A stretch of 64,000 bases of DNA from an archaeon (GCA_035400625.1 DAOMZT010000001.1:28866-92865), one strand, 5' to 3'; positions 1 through 10,462 are shown, numbered from the stretch's first letter. A program made the numbers and translations. The notes: generated from the sequence alone by a model not told the origin.

Positions 1-420
1 TTTTTTTGTAAAATAATTTTTGTAATTCTAGGGGTAATTTCTTTAAACTTTAAAAGAACATATCATCATATTGTATTTTATATACCAATGCTACTCACTT
101 CTTTAAATATGAAAAAATTTTTTGAAAATCCTTCTCAGAATGTAATTTTGATTTACCTTGTTTGATTTTTTCCATATCCCTTTCTATGGCTTTTCCTAAA
201 AGTTCCATTTCTAATTTTTTTTATCAACTTTATGCTTGTGGGCAAGTTCCAAGATGCCAGCTCTAACAACTTCGCTTTTTGTAGCATAATAACCTTTATC
301 TACAAAATCAGAAAGGTATTTTGCTTGTTTGCCTTTTAGTCTTACCATAAACTCTATTTCTTTTTCCTTAGCCATAAATAATCACAAATATCTTAGAAAC
401 AAAGCAAATTTAAATTGATA

Positions 421-1455
421 TCATTTTGATATCTTTTTGATATCAGATGATTTTTTGCTTTTATTTTCAGGAAGTAGAAGATCTCCAGGAAAGTAATTGA
501 ACAGATGCTCTTTGTGGATAGGGGTTGTTTCAAATTCTTTGATTAGATCTTTAAACTTTTCTCTTACTGTTCTTGTAAAATATATCATCTCTTCTGAGTT
601 TTTAACCTCAAAGTCAATTTCAAAATCCCAATAGCCAATAACTTTTGTAATATCAAAGACACACAGGTTGTTCTGAAGGAAAATAATCAACTGCTCTTCT
701 TCTTGTTCTTTAATGTTATTGAACTTAATTAAAGACTTATAAGCAAATCTCCCTGTCTTTTTAATATTAAGATGAGGCTTAAAGCCACAAATTATGTTTC
801 TATCTTGCATACTTTTTATTCTGTAGATTACTGTGTTAGGAGATGTTTTAACTTTTCCTGCAAGCTCCATTGCCCCAACTCTGGCATTTTTGGAGATTGC
901 AAAAAGAATCTTTAAATCTAAGTTGTCTAGTTTTTCGGTTGCTAGATAATCTGTGTCAATAAATGATTTCTTATTTATCTCTCTGTATTTTTTTGCAAAA
1001 TAGTCCCTACCGAAATATATGTTTTCAAGAGTTGTTAAAACATCTAAGCTTCCTATATTTTCTGGAAACTCTTCTTTTATAGATTTTATAAAAGAATAAT
1101 ATTGAACAACATTACTTGCAAGATAATCAACTATTATATCCCAATGACCTGTGCATTCTGCAAGATAAGAAACATTGTTGTCTTCTTTTATAAAAGAAAT
1201 TAACTGTGCTTGAACCTCTGGAGAAATATTTGTTAATCTTATCATTGTTCTGTAACTGGTATAGCCTAATTTTACAAAATTAATAACTGTGTAATAGCCT
1301 AGAATAATTTGGCGTTTTTCTAGATTGATTAGACGATAGCTTAAGACCTGCTGGGAGGTTTTAAGAAGCTTTGCGATATTAGAGATCGGTTGCCTTGAAT
1401 CTTTCTCCAATTCCAGTAAAAAGCGCATATCAAATTTGTCTATTTCCTGCATATT
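421..1455 (-). CDS. Lrp/AsnC-family transcriptional regulator, tandem (two HTH_AsnC+RAM units)
   Basis: Two repeats of the HTH-AsnC/RAM architecture (DMRFLLELEKDSRQPISNIAKLL... and LDLKILFAISKNARVGAMELAGKV...). Track ORF runs to 1536, but Met28 (start codon 1455-1453) has a TATA-like box about 25 nt upstream, so the shorter start is preferred. Confidence 0.6.
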   Translation of the reverse strand, partial: NMQEIDKFDMRFLLELEKDSRQPISNIAKLLKTSQQVLSYRLINLEKRQIILGYYTVINFVKLGYTSYRTMIRLTNISPEVQAQLISFIKEDNNVSYLAECTGHWDIIVDYLASNVVQYYSFIKSIKEEFPENIGSLDVLTTLENIYFGRDYFAKKYREINKKSFIDTDYLATEKLDNLDLKILFAISKNARVGAMELAGKVKTSPNTVIYRIKSMQDRNIICGFKPHLNIKKTGRFAYKSLIKFNNIKEQEEEQLIIFLQNNLCVFDITKVIGYWDFEIDFEVKNSEEMIYFTRTVREKFKDLIKEFETTPIHKEHLFNYFPGDLLLPENKSKKSSDIKKISK

Positions 1456-1474
1456 TGTATTTATGAGAAAAATG

Positions 1475-1486
1475 CATATAAATATT
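1475..1486 (-). promoter_or_regulatory. TATA-like box (reads AATATTTATATG on minus strand) about 25 nt upstream of Lrp/AsnC start
   Basis: AT-rich TATA consensus at archaeal spacing from ATG 1455, consistent with a leaderless transcript. Confidence 0.35.
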
Positions 1487-1536
1487 GCGATTTCACAAAA
1501 ATTTTGTGAGAAAGATATATAAAGCTTCAAATTCAC

Positions 1537-1549
1537 AAAATATTTAATT
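1537..1549 (+). promoter_or_regulatory. TATA-like box AAAATATTTAATT about 27 nt upstream of ATG at 1570
   Basis: Spacing fits an archaeal leaderless promoter for the 1570 ORF. Confidence 0.35.
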
Positions 1550-1569
1550 CAAGCCAAAAGTTTTCAAAT

Positions 1570-3060
1570 ATGAAAACAATCCTTGTAATTCCCCCCTACT
1601 TTCCGTTAATCGCTACGGAAGATGAGAATATTGACAAAGAACCTAACAACGACCTACCAAAACCCCTTCTGCTTATGCCATATTTTCCGTTTTCTCTTAA
1701 GTCTTTTTCTTTCTTGTTCCTTGATTTTGAGATAATGCATTCTAAAAAACCAAAAACACTTGATTCTTGTCTGGAATTGATAATGAAACAAAAGCCTAAA
1801 AAAATTGTTTTTGATTTCTTGCAAGAACAACAATTTGAAAAATACAATCAAAATCTGCAAAACATTATTGAAAAAATCAAAACACTATATCCTGAAATTA
1901 AAATTGAAGAATTGAAAAACAACAAAGAAGGAAATTTTGAAGAAAAGAATTTAGAAAAGATAAAGGAAATTAGAAAATATGCTGTAAGAAATGAACAAAA
2001 GCTTTTTGTCATACAGGATTTAGCGAATTTAAAAGATGTTTACAAAATATTAAACCAAGAAATTTATGACTTCTGGTTTTTTAACTTTAGATCTCATTCT
2101 TTAAAAGAAATATTAAAATTAAAAAAAGACTATTTTGATCTAAATTATTATCTTACTTGCGATTTTGAAAAACTTAATTGCCAAGATGCAAGATTATTAT
2201 CAGAAAATGGGCTTGAAAAACTATATTTGAAATTAAAGATAAACAACAAATCTTTTGATTGTTTTTCAGAACATTTAGAGAAACTAAAAAACATCTCTTC
2301 TTTTTGTAAAATTGAGCTAACGATTATCCCTGAAATCTCAGAAATAAAAAATATTGAACTGATTGATTTTCTAAACACCTTAGATTTAGAAAAAATAAAA
2401 TATACTATTAAGCAAACAACAAGAAAAATAGAAACAAAAACAGAATTTATTAATTTCGGGGTGTTGGCTTTACTTAATGCTCTTGAAAAAAAAGAAGAAC
2501 TTAAAAAGAGGCTAATAGAAATACCAAAAATAAAAGACAAAACAACATTTGAACAAATTATTTCTTTTATTTTCAAAACAGAAAAGAAATATTTGGAATT
2601 TTATATTGACATCATACATTTCCTTGATGGTTTTTTCACAAAAGAAGAAATTATTGATTATCTAAATAGATTACACCCAGAAACCAAAAAAGAAAATATT
2701 GAAAAAATCGTTTATAATTTTATATCGCTTTTAGAAAAAGAAATGTTTATCGATTATGTTGATTCTAAAAAAGAACAGAAATCACATTATATAAGTGCAC
2801 TGCCAAGAAATAACAATCTTTTTTACATGTACTCCTGTTCACAAAAAGGATATATCTTGGGGAAAAACCAAAAACTGGAAGAAGTGCCAAAAGATGTTTT
2901 CTTTTTCTTTGTGTTCTCTAAAGGAATCTTCATGCTTAGAGAAATTGCAAACAAGCTTCGTCTTCTGTTTAAGGACAAAAAAGAGTTTAGCAAGGACAAC
3001 TACCTTAAGAGCACAGAGAAGATATACAATACTCTTAAACAATATGGGCTTTGCAAATAA
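1570..3060 (+). CDS. hypothetical K/E-rich protein (496 aa), no recognisable domain
   Basis: Long ORF with consistent coding bias and a TATA box at -27. N-terminus carries a repeated PYFP(L/F) peptide motif. Internal Met56 (1735) is an alternative start. Confidence 0.45.
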   Translation: MKTILVIPPYFPLIATEDENIDKEPNNDLPKPLLLMPYFPFSLKSFSFLFLDFEIMHSKKPKTLDSCLELIMKQKPKKIVFDFLQEQQFEKYNQNLQNIIEKIKTLYPEIKIEELKNNKEGNFEEKNLEKIKEIRKYAVRNEQKLFVIQDLANLKDVYKILNQEIYDFWFFNFRSHSLKEILKLKKDYFDLNYYLTCDFEKLNCQDARLLSENGLEKLYLKLKINNKSFDCFSEHLEKLKNISSFCKIELTIIPEISEIKNIELIDFLNTLDLEKIKYTIKQTTRKIETKTEFINFGVLALLNALEKKEELKKRLIEIPKIKDKTTFEQIISFIFKTEKKYLEFYIDIIHFLDGFFTKEEIIDYLNRLHPETKKENIEKIVYNFISLLEKEMFIDYVDSKKEQKSHYISALPRNNNLFYMYSCSQKGYILGKNQKLEEVPKDVFFFFVFSKGIFMLREIANKLRLLFKDKKEFSKDNYLKSTEKIYNTLKQYGLCK

Positions 3061-3124
3061 CCTCACATAATAGCTTTTAATATGTTTCTATTATATGATA
3101 TTTATAATAAAAGTGAAACATAAC

Positions 3125-4261
3125 ATGTCAGAAGAAGAATTTAAAGTAACACCTTGGGAAATTGAAGGAAAGGTTGATTATCAGAAATTAATAAAACAAT
3201 TTGGAACAAGTGAGATAAATAAGCAGATACTTGAAAAATTAAGATTAAAAACCAAATCCAAGAAACTACATCCTTTCTTTAGAAGAGGATTTATTTATTC
3301 ACATAGAGATTTTGATAAGATATTAGAAGAAATAGACAAGCAAAATTTCTTTATCTATACTGGTAGAGGCCCATCAGGAAGAATGCATATTGGACACCTT
3401 ATTCCTTTTATTATCTCTAAATGGTTTCAGGACGAATTTGATTGTAATGTTTATATAGCGATGTCAGATGATGAGAAGTTTTTGTTTAAAGACAAGTTGA
3501 ACTTTGAAGAAATGGAAAAGAACTCCAAAGAAAATTTCAAAGAAATATCTGCTGTTGGTCTTAATCCTGATAAGACTTTTTTCTTTTCAGATATTGAGTA
3601 TATTCAAAAACTATATCCTGTAGCTTTGAAGTTTGCAAAAAAAATAACTTTTTCTACAGCTAAAGCGGTGTTTGGATTTAATAATGATAATAACCTTGGA
3701 CAATTTTTTTATCCAGCAGTTCAGATTGTTCCAACAACTTTTGAAAAAAAACATTGCTTGATACCTGCAGGAATTGATCAGGACCCTTATTGGAGAATAC
3801 AAAGAGATATTGCTGAAAAGCTAGGATATAAGAAAGTTGTAGCTGTGCATAACAAGCTTTTGCCACCATTGCAAGGAATAGACGGGAAGATGTCAAGCTC
3901 AATTGGAGAAACTGCAATATTTTTGGATGATGATTTTAAGACTATTGAAAAGAAAATAAATAAATATGCTTTCTCTGGCGGACAGCCTACAATTGAAGAA
4001 CAAAGAAAAAAAGGCGGAAACACAGATGTGTGTGTTGTTTATTCTTGGTTAGAGATATTATTTGAAGAAGATGACCAAAAGCTTGAACAAAGGAAGAAAG
4101 ACTGTAAAGCAGGAAAGATACTTTGCGGAGAATGCAAGAAATACTTATCTGAAAAAATCTCAGTTACCTTAAAGAAACACCAAGATACAAAAATAAAAAA
4201 CTCTCCACTTATAGAGAAATACAAGTATAGTGGAAAGCTTGCAAAAACTATGTGGCAGTGA
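3125..4261 (+). CDS. trpS: tryptophanyl-tRNA synthetase (archaeal/eukaryotic type)
   Basis: Class-I aaRS HIGH motif (GRMHIGHLIPF) and KMSKS-like KMSSS. Architecture and length match archaeal TrpRS. Start taken at Met11 of the track ORF. Confidence 0.85.
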   Translation: MSEEEFKVTPWEIEGKVDYQKLIKQFGTSEINKQILEKLRLKTKSKKLHPFFRRGFIYSHRDFDKILEEIDKQNFFIYTGRGPSGRMHIGHLIPFIISKWFQDEFDCNVYIAMSDDEKFLFKDKLNFEEMEKNSKENFKEISAVGLNPDKTFFFSDIEYIQKLYPVALKFAKKITFSTAKAVFGFNNDNNLGQFFYPAVQIVPTTFEKKHCLIPAGIDQDPYWRIQRDIAEKLGYKKVVAVHNKLLPPLQGIDGKMSSSIGETAIFLDDDFKTIEKKINKYAFSGGQPTIEEQRKKGGNTDVCVVYSWLEILFEEDDQKLEQRKKDCKAGKILCGECKKYLSEKISVTLKKHQDTKIKNSPLIEKYKYSGKLAKTMWQ

Positions 4262-4270
4262 AATCCATAC

Positions 4271-4867
4271 ATGAAAAAAATAAGAATTGCAATCGACTTA
4301 GATGATACTTTAGTTCCTACTGTGGATCTTGTTGTTAAAGAAATACTTAGTGATAAAAGCTTTCCTGCCTTTAGGGGCTATCAATCTATTAAGGACTTTA
4401 CATATGATGAAGAGCTGGCACTTTATAGGTATATAAGAAAAACAATAAACAAACAAGACATTTCTAAATTTATGCCAATGCCAAGATCTGTTCTTGCCAT
4501 CAAAAAACTTGCAAAAGATTTTGATCTTTATATGGTGACTGCAAGAACCAAGAACGTTAAAAAGCACACAAGAATTTGGTTAAATTATCATTTTCCAAAA
4601 ATGTTTAAAAAGATAATATTTGGGCAATATAGAAAAGAAGGGGAATTTAAGAAGACAAAAGGAGAGATATGTAAAGAACTTGGAATTTCAATGATTATAG
4701 ATGACAGAATAGATTATGCTCTTGATTGTTATAAGCATGGGGTAAAAGCAATTGTCTTTGATTATAAGGACGGCTATCCATGGTCAAAGGGTAAGCTTCC
4801 AAAAGATGTTAAAAAAGCAAAGGATTGGAAAGAAGTTTTAGAAATTATCAAAAAGACAAAGTTTTAA
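4271..4867 (+). CDS. HAD-superfamily hydrolase (5'(3')-deoxyribonucleotidase-like)
   Basis: N-terminal DxDxT motif (IAIDLDDTLV) and overall HAD-like size of 198 aa. Confidence 0.55.
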   Translation: MKKIRIAIDLDDTLVPTVDLVVKEILSDKSFPAFRGYQSIKDFTYDEELALYRYIRKTINKQDISKFMPMPRSVLAIKKLAKDFDLYMVTARTKNVKKHTRIWLNYHFPKMFKKIIFGQYRKEGEFKKTKGEICKELGISMIIDDRIDYALDCYKHGVKAIVFDYKDGYPWSKGKLPKDVKKAKDWKEVLEIIKKTKF

Positions 4868-4895
4868 ACAAGTTTTATATTTAATTATATTATAT

Positions 4896-4968
4896 AGCCT
4901 GGTAGTGTAGCGGCCAAGCATGCAAGACTCTGGATCTTGCGACAGGAGTTCGAATCTCCTCCGGGCTA
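4896..4968 (+). tRNA. tRNA-Gln (anticodon CTG)
   Basis: Manual fold: acceptor AGCCTGG/CCGGGCT, D-loop with GG, anticodon stem CAAGA/TCTTG, loop CTCTGGA, T-arm AGGAG-TTCGAAT-CTCCT, discriminator A. TATA-like tract about 20 nt upstream. Confidence 0.75.
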
Positions 4969-4992
4969 TCATTGTGATTTGAGGGAATTACT

Positions 4993-5232
4993 ATGGGAAT
5001 ATTTGATGCTTTTAAAAAGAAAGAAAAAACAGAAGAAGAAAAGAAAAAAATTGAAGAGCTGAAAAAACAAAAAGAAAAGCCTGTTGCACAAATTGACCTT
5101 GCTAATTCTAAATACCCTGATCAAGTGTGTGCAGTATGTAGCCAGAAAGGCTGTGACAAGAAATGGGGCGGGCAATACTGGCATAAAAAGTGCTTGCGTT
5201 CTGTTAAGGGAATGGCAAGAGACATGATTTAA
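4993..5232 (+). CDS. small lysine-rich protein with C-terminal Cys4 zinc-ribbon-like motif
   Basis: CxxC...C...C at the C-terminus (CAVCSQKGCDKKWGGQYWHKKC). The overlapping minus ORF 4969-5184 is its low-complexity antisense. Confidence 0.4.
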   Translation: MGIFDAFKKKEKTEEEKKKIEELKKQKEKPVAQIDLANSKYPDQVCAVCSQKGCDKKWGGQYWHKKCLRSVKGMARDMI

Positions 5233-6227
5233 TTTCTTATTTTTTTATTGCTTTTGTCAAAGATATTACCAACAATTTCTTCAAGAATATCTTCAATTGT
5301 TAATAGGCCAATAACTTCTCCTGACCTATCAACAACAATTGCCATCAAAACAGACTTATCTTCAAAATCATAGAAAATATCTCCTATTTCTTTAGTTGGA
5401 GAAACAAACTCTATTGGCCTAATTATGTTTTTTATTAATTCATTACTTTTCTTTTCCTTAATTGCCTTTAAGACATCATCAACATCTACAATGCCAATAA
5501 TATTGTCTTCATCTTCAAAATAAACAGGATATCTTGAATGGCCACACCTTGAGATTATATCTATTGCCTTATTTATTTTTATATCTCCATTTATGATTTT
5601 CATTTTCTCTCTAGGAGTCATAACTTTTGTTACTGGCGTGTCTTCAAAGTCAAGAACTTTATGCATAATCTTTGCTGCACCACTACTAAGCACACCTTCT
5701 TTTCTGCTTAAGGTTAAAATTATCTTTAACTCATCTTCAGAAATCTTCTTTTCTTTCTTTGGGCGAATACATTTGCTTACAAGTCTTGATAAAAAAGAAT
5801 ACATCTTTATCAAGGGATAGAAAAGAATAGAAAGAAAATGAATTGGCCTTGAAGCTAGCAAAGAAATACTTTCTGCGTGCTGTACAGCAAAAGTCTTTGG
5901 AAAAATCTCTCCAAATGTTAAAATTATAAGAGTCATAACTCCTGCAGCTATTGCTACACTTTTTGAACCAAAAGCAGTTATAAATAGACTTGTGGCTAAA
6001 GCAGAAGCAGAGATATTAACAATGTTGTTGCCAATAAGAATTGTAACAATAAGCGTGTGAGGATCTTTCTTAAGTTTATAAAGGGTTTGAGAACCTGATG
6101 TGCCTTTCTTTAAAAGAGACTTTACTCTAATAATGTTTATAGACATTAACGCAGTTTCAGATGCAGAAAAAAATGCTGAAAGTGCAACTAAAATGAATAA
6201 AATTATGATTTGAAAAAAAGTGCCCAT
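5229..6227 (-). CDS. CNNM/CorC-family transporter (DUF21 TM domain + CBS pair + CorC_HlyC)
   Basis: N-terminal DUF21-type TM region, tandem CBS domains and a C-terminal CorC/HlyC-like segment. Confidence 0.75.
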   Translation of the reverse strand: MGTFFQIIILFILVALSAFFSASETALMSINIIRVKSLLKKGTSGSQTLYKLKKDPHTLIVTILIGNNIVNISASALATSLFITAFGSKSVAIAAGVMTLIILTFGEIFPKTFAVQHAESISLLASRPIHFLSILFYPLIKMYSFLSRLVSKCIRPKKEKKISEDELKIILTLSRKEGVLSSGAAKIMHKVLDFEDTPVTKVMTPREKMKIINGDIKINKAIDIISRCGHSRYPVYFEDEDNIIGIVDVDDVLKAIKEKKSNELIKNIIRPIEFVSPTKEIGDIFYDFEDKSVLMAIVVDRSGEVIGLLTIEDILEEIVGNIFDKSNKKIRN

Positions 6228-6400
6228 TTGTCTTACAACCTTCTAATATAATTAAAAATAAAAGAGTTTTTAAACATTATTATTAGAAAAGATTTGGAAA
6301 TTACTCTTATGTCGTCCAAGAAATAGTGTGTTTTTATAAACTGGCTTTTACAAACTTGCATAAAAAAAGATTTTAAAAAAACAGAAAGAAAATGTTGAAT

Positions 6401-6913
6401 CTATAATCCAACATATTGTCTTATTCTTTGCTTGATTTTTGTGATATTATCAAGATAGATATTTAGCTTTTTTTCTATTACTGACATTTGCTCTTCAGTA
6501 TCTTTTACTTGACCAGCAACAAAAAAGCTTTCTGAGCCTAGGCCATTATACTTTAGTAATTCTTTTCTTAAAGAAAGGTATTCTGTTAAAGTATAATAAT
6601 ATGCAGTGTAATTCTCATACATTCTTGTAAACAAAACCCTTGTTGTATCATCTTTAAAATATCTTCTACCGTCTATTTCAAAATGATTCTTTGTTTTTGC
6701 ACCAAGGCTGTTTTTATTAACAACTGCATCTACAGCATCAATGTGCCCTTCTAGCCAATTGATATCTCTTGCTCTATAATCACATCTTTTTATAACTGCA
6801 GAACCGGATAACTTGTTTGTTTCCTTGATTAATGTTTCATCAATCACAACATCATCTGCACTTTTCTTACCAAAAAGCTTTTTAAAGAATGATCTTACCA
6901 TGTTTTTCACCAA
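6401..6913 (-). CDS. hypothetical protein (170 aa)
   Basis: Clean ORF, no recognisable motif. Confidence 0.4.
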   Translation of the reverse strand: MVKNMVRSFFKKLFGKKSADDVVIDETLIKETNKLSGSAVIKRCDYRARDINWLEGHIDAVDAVVNKNSLGAKTKNHFEIDGRRYFKDDTTRVLFTRMYENYTAYYYTLTEYLSLRKELLKYNGLGSESFFVAGQVKDTEEQMSVIEKKLNIYLDNITKIKQRIRQYVGL

Positions 6914-7036
6914 ATTCCCTATTTTTATTTTTCTTAAATTTATTAAAAAGTATATATATTGTGCCTATAGTATTTAAATTAATATCTTTTTGCAATATCA
7001 AAAATTAGTCAAAAAAACAAGCAGAGAACTATTTTG

Positions 7037-7567
7037 CTAAAAACCAAACTTCTTTGCTAATTTTTCTTTCTGAATTAGTTTCCTTAAATCTGTTGCCAAA
7101 TCTATAGGAGAGACAGAAACCACATTAAAATCACAAAGCCTATTCCAGCCTACATCTCCTTTATACCTTGGTAGAATATGGAAGTGAAGATGCTGTATGC
7201 TTTCACCAGCAATCCGTCCAATACTGCAACCAATATTATAGCCTTCTGGCTTCATAAATTTATCAAGCATAAAAACAGAAAGATTAATAAGATTAAATAA
7301 CTCTTTGGACTCAAGAGTTGTTAAATCAAAAATCTGATTAACATGCCTTTTTGGGATGACTAATAAGTGCCCTGCTGCATAAGGATATTTGTTTGTTTTA
7401 ATAAAAGACCTTTTTGTTTCAAAGACAGAATATTTAGAATCTTTATTTTTAGAACAGAATGGGCATTTTTCCCTGTCTTTTGTGCTTTCTTTTTCTGCTG
7501 TTGATTTAGAGACATATTCCTTTCTCCAAGGAGCATAAAGTGATTTACATTTATCTTTTACTATCAT
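7037..7567 (-). CDS. HIT-family (histidine triad) hydrolase with N-terminal Cys-containing extension
   Basis: HIT motif HLHFHILPR and upstream HLLVIPKRH. Confidence 0.75.
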   Translation of the reverse strand: MIVKDKCKSLYAPWRKEYVSKSTAEKESTKDREKCPFCSKNKDSKYSVFETKRSFIKTNKYPYAAGHLLVIPKRHVNQIFDLTTLESKELFNLINLSVFMLDKFMKPEGYNIGCSIGRIAGESIQHLHFHILPRYKGDVGWNRLCDFNVVSVSPIDLATDLRKLIQKEKLAKKFGF

Positions 7568-7581
7568 ATTATCAAAACCAA

Positions 7582-7776
7582 TTAACTTAATATTTCTTTT
7601 TCTGTATACAGAATCTCTATTATTTTTTCAGTAATGCAATTGTTATTATAAAGATGATCCAAGAACTCCTGAACAATCTTGTGATGTATCTCTCTTGGTG
7701 TTCTTAAGAATAGATGGCCTAAGCGTGGCACATTATTTACAAATGGTAATGCGATAGTTACTATTCTTGTTTTCAT
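7582..7776 (-). pseudogene. 64-aa ORF resembling the N-terminal HIGH-motif segment of a class-I aaRS (MetRS-like): gene fragment or remnant
   Basis: TIALPFVNNVPRLGHLF parallels MetRS TTALPYVNG-PHLGH, but the remainder does not continue as a synthetase. Confidence 0.25.
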
Positions 7777-7816
7777 AATATATATTAAAAATAAAATATT
7801 TAAAAAAAGCTTGCAT

Positions 7817-8482
7817 TTAGATAAACTTTAATTTATATAAAAGAATGTATGCAAGAGACACCATTATCACATAAACTACAGCTTTTATCAAATTCCAAGC
7901 AACCAGATAGATAAGATATGTAAATCTCATAGATTGAGTAATTAAAGACATCTGAATATATTGAGAAGGGAACACAAAGAAAGCAATAATTGTTAATATT
8001 GACTCTAATAAGAAAATTATTGTAATGATTTTAAAAACTCTACACCAAGCAACATTAAATGGAACATTGTGCTTTGAAGTGGATAGACCCATAAAAATAA
8101 TAGAAGCAACATTTACACAAAAGATCAACACTGAAAAAACCAAAAAGAAAAGATTTTCTTGAATTATTGTTAGCATTGTTGAGTTTACACTAAAAGCTAT
8201 TGCTTGTAAAATAAAATCAAGAAATACTGTTACTATAAGAACAATAAAAGGAATCCATAAATAATTAAAATATCCGTTTTTGTCATACATGTCCTTAAAG
8301 AAATTTTTGCTTTCTTTTATTTCATAATATGTTGGATTTGCAGGTATTGTTTCTAAAACAAAGCCATTTCTGTTTGCTTTTTCTGTAACTTCTCTTCTTT
8401 GGTGAGGAGTTATCTTTTTTGTTCTTTTAACATTTGTTTTAGTATATCGGTTATTTGGGTATTTATTTCTTCTTTTATTCAT
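7817..8482 (-). CDS. integral membrane protein (basic N-terminus, about 4 TM helices)
   Basis: Hydrophobic segments consistent with four TM helices. No family assigned. Confidence 0.5.
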   Translation of the reverse strand: MNKRRNKYPNNRYTKTNVKRTKKITPHQRREVTEKANRNGFVLETIPANPTYYEIKESKNFFKDMYDKNGYFNYLWIPFIVLIVTVFLDFILQAIAFSVNSTMLTIIQENLFFLVFSVLIFCVNVASIIFMGLSTSKHNVPFNVAWCRVFKIITIIFLLESILTIIAFFVFPSQYIQMSLITQSMRFTYLIYLVAWNLIKAVVYVIMVSLAYILLYKLKFI

Positions 8483-8530
8483 TATACATCACATCTATTT
8501 ATGATTAATTATATTAATAAGCTTTTGGTT

Positions 8531-10462
8531 TTAGTGGTTTTTTAGAAAGGCTACCAATTTCTTATCTATAAGCTCACTTGCCTCTTTTCCGTCAAGCAAG
8601 CCTTTTGTTTTTGCCATAAATCTGCCCATCAATAGACCTTTGGCTCTCTCTTTTTGTGCTATTATCTTTTCTTTGTTTTCTTCAATAATCTCTGAAAGAA
8701 TCTTTTCAATATCGATTTTTTCTAGATCTTTAAAGATGCCTAGGTTTGCTATAACCTTATCAATGGGGTTATCTGAGTTGTTATATTCTAGATAAACCTC
8801 CATTAATTTTGATTTTGGGATCTTATTAAAATCTTTGTAAGAGAAAAACTCCAATAGCCCATCACTGGTTATATTTTCTAAATTTATTTTGCCGTCTCTT
8901 GAAAGATTAATCAAGTCCTCAAGAAGAAAGACAGCAACTTGTGTTGGATTAAGAGTTGGATTGTTTTTTAGGATCTTTTCAAAAGTAACTGCGAAGTTAT
9001 CAAGAATCATTTTTTCTGCTAGCTGTTTACTGATTTTGAAGTTTTCTGTATAAAGCTTTCGTCTTTGTTCAACAGACAATGGCATTTCTTTTCTTGCAAC
9101 ATCAAGAATTTCTTTTGTAAAGATAATTGGTAATAGATCAGTCTCAGGATACATTCTTGAACCACCGGATGAAATTGGCCTTTGGTATTCTGTGTTGCCT
9201 TCGGTGTTGACAAGTCTTGTTTCTTCAGGCACACCTTTAGAGAAAAAATTTATTCTTTCTTCAAGAACTTCTTTAACTTGATCTATTTCTTGTTTATCAC
9301 ACATGACAAGAATGAAAGAATCTTTAGGTGTTAGTTTTAGTGCAGAATTTATGTTTTTTATGTCTTCAGAAGTTATGCCGTAATTTGGAAGCTCATCGGC
9401 ATGGAAGAGACCCTTAAGAGTGGTCTTGGCTTTTAGAATGCTTGCAAGCTCTGTTCCTACTCTTCTGTTTGGCTGAACCTCTTTACCTAAAAGACCAGAA
9501 AAGCTAGGTAAGGCAAAACCAAAAATGTTTTTCTTCTGCTCAAGAGAAGATTTGATTGCCTTTGATTCTGTTTTTTTGAAAAGAGCAGTTAAATCAATTT
9601 CTGAGAGCTTTATTTCTTCTATCTTTCTTTTTTGTAGCTCTTCTTTTAGCTCTAGAAGATTTAATTGCCTAACTATTTCTCTATCTATGATCTCTGGGAT
9701 CATCTCAAGGTCCTGACAACCCTTGATCTCTGTTCTAGAACCGTTAGCAATCGAGATGTTGATGTCTTGACGAATTGAACCAAGCCCTCTTTTTACTTTG
9801 CCTGTTGTTCTGAATAGCTGTCCAAGAAATAATGCGACTTTTTTAGTGTCTTCGGGCGTGTGCATATCGTGCCAAACAACCATCTCTATCAAAGGGATAC
9901 CTAGGCGATCTAGAGAATAAATAACTTCTGTGTCTTTTCTTTCTATTGCTCTTGCGGCATCTTCCTCTAAAAGAATCTTATCGATTCGAACTTTTCCAAA
10001 ATCAAAATCTAGATAGCCATCTGTTGAAATCATTGCTGTTCTTTGAAAGCCAGAGACATTAGAACCGTCAATTACTTGCTTTCTCATGATTATTGACTTG
10101 TCTACAAGTTTTGAGTTTGTAAGATTTGAAATAATTACTGCAATCTTTAATGCTTCAGGGTTTGTTCTTATTGGTGGCTGACAATCAGCCTCAACCAAAC
10201 AATTACAAGCATTATAAAAATGATAAACATAGGTCTTTGCTTTCTTTTGCTCTTCAAGAGCAGTTACATCAAACTCCCCTGTCTCTGAATAAACAGCACG
10301 AAGTTTTCTTTTTATTATTCTGTCTGGTTTTGTATCTTCCTTTATCAATAGAGATTTACAATTACAGAAAAGCTTGCCAGTATCAAGTTGTTGATGAATC
10401 TCAAGACCACAAGCTAAACCTAATTTCTCATAATCGCAATTTTTAAGTTCTTCTAATTTCAT
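8531..10462 (-). CDS. gatE: Glu-tRNA(Gln) amidotransferase subunit E
   Basis: Archaea-specific GatE length and sequence character. Immediately upstream of gatD with a 2-nt spacer. Confidence 0.9.
   Translation of the reverse strand: MKLEELKNCDYEKLGLACGLEIHQQLDTGKLFCNCKSLLIKEDTKPDRIIKRKLRAVYSETGEFDVTALEEQKKAKTYVYHFYNACNCLVEADCQPPIRTNPEALKIAVIISNLTNSKLVDKSIIMRKQVIDGSNVSGFQRTAMISTDGYLDFDFGKVRIDKILLEEDAARAIERKDTEVIYSLDRLGIPLIEMVVWHDMHTPEDTKKVALFLGQLFRTTGKVKRGLGSIRQDINISIANGSRTEIKGCQDLEMIPEIIDREIVRQLNLLELKEELQKRKIEEIKLSEIDLTALFKKTESKAIKSSLEQKKNIFGFALPSFSGLLGKEVQPNRRVGTELASILKAKTTLKGLFHADELPNYGITSEDIKNINSALKLTPKDSFILVMCDKQEIDQVKEVLEERINFFSKGVPEETRLVNTEGNTEYQRPISSGGSRMYPETDLLPIIFTKEILDVARKEMPLSVEQRRKLYTENFKISKQLAEKMILDNFAVTFEKILKNNPTLNPTQVAVFLLEDLINLSRDGKINLENITSDGLLEFFSYKDFNKIPKSKLMEVYLEYNNSDNPIDKVIANLGIFKDLEKIDIEKILSEIIEENKEKIIAQKERAKGLLMGRFMAKTKGLLDGKEASELIDKKLVAFLKNH

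Noticed and set aside
1596-1860. Minus-strand ORFs 1596-1847 and 1654-1860 (83 and 68 aa)
   Set aside because: They lie antisense to the 5' end of the 1570-3060 gene, have low-complexity K/R-rich translation, and have no start context. Treated as spurious.
2148-4272. Multiple short antisense ORFs (2148-2576, 2839-3066, 3611-3802, 3678-3917, 3787-4023, 4039-4272)
   Set aside because: All are embedded antisense within well-supported genes (1570 ORF, trpS). Their F/L/S-rich composition is typical of AT-rich antisense frames.
4969-5184. 71-aa minus ORF rich in F/L
   Set aside because: Antisense of the lysine-rich small zinc-ribbon gene. Low-complexity mirror translation.
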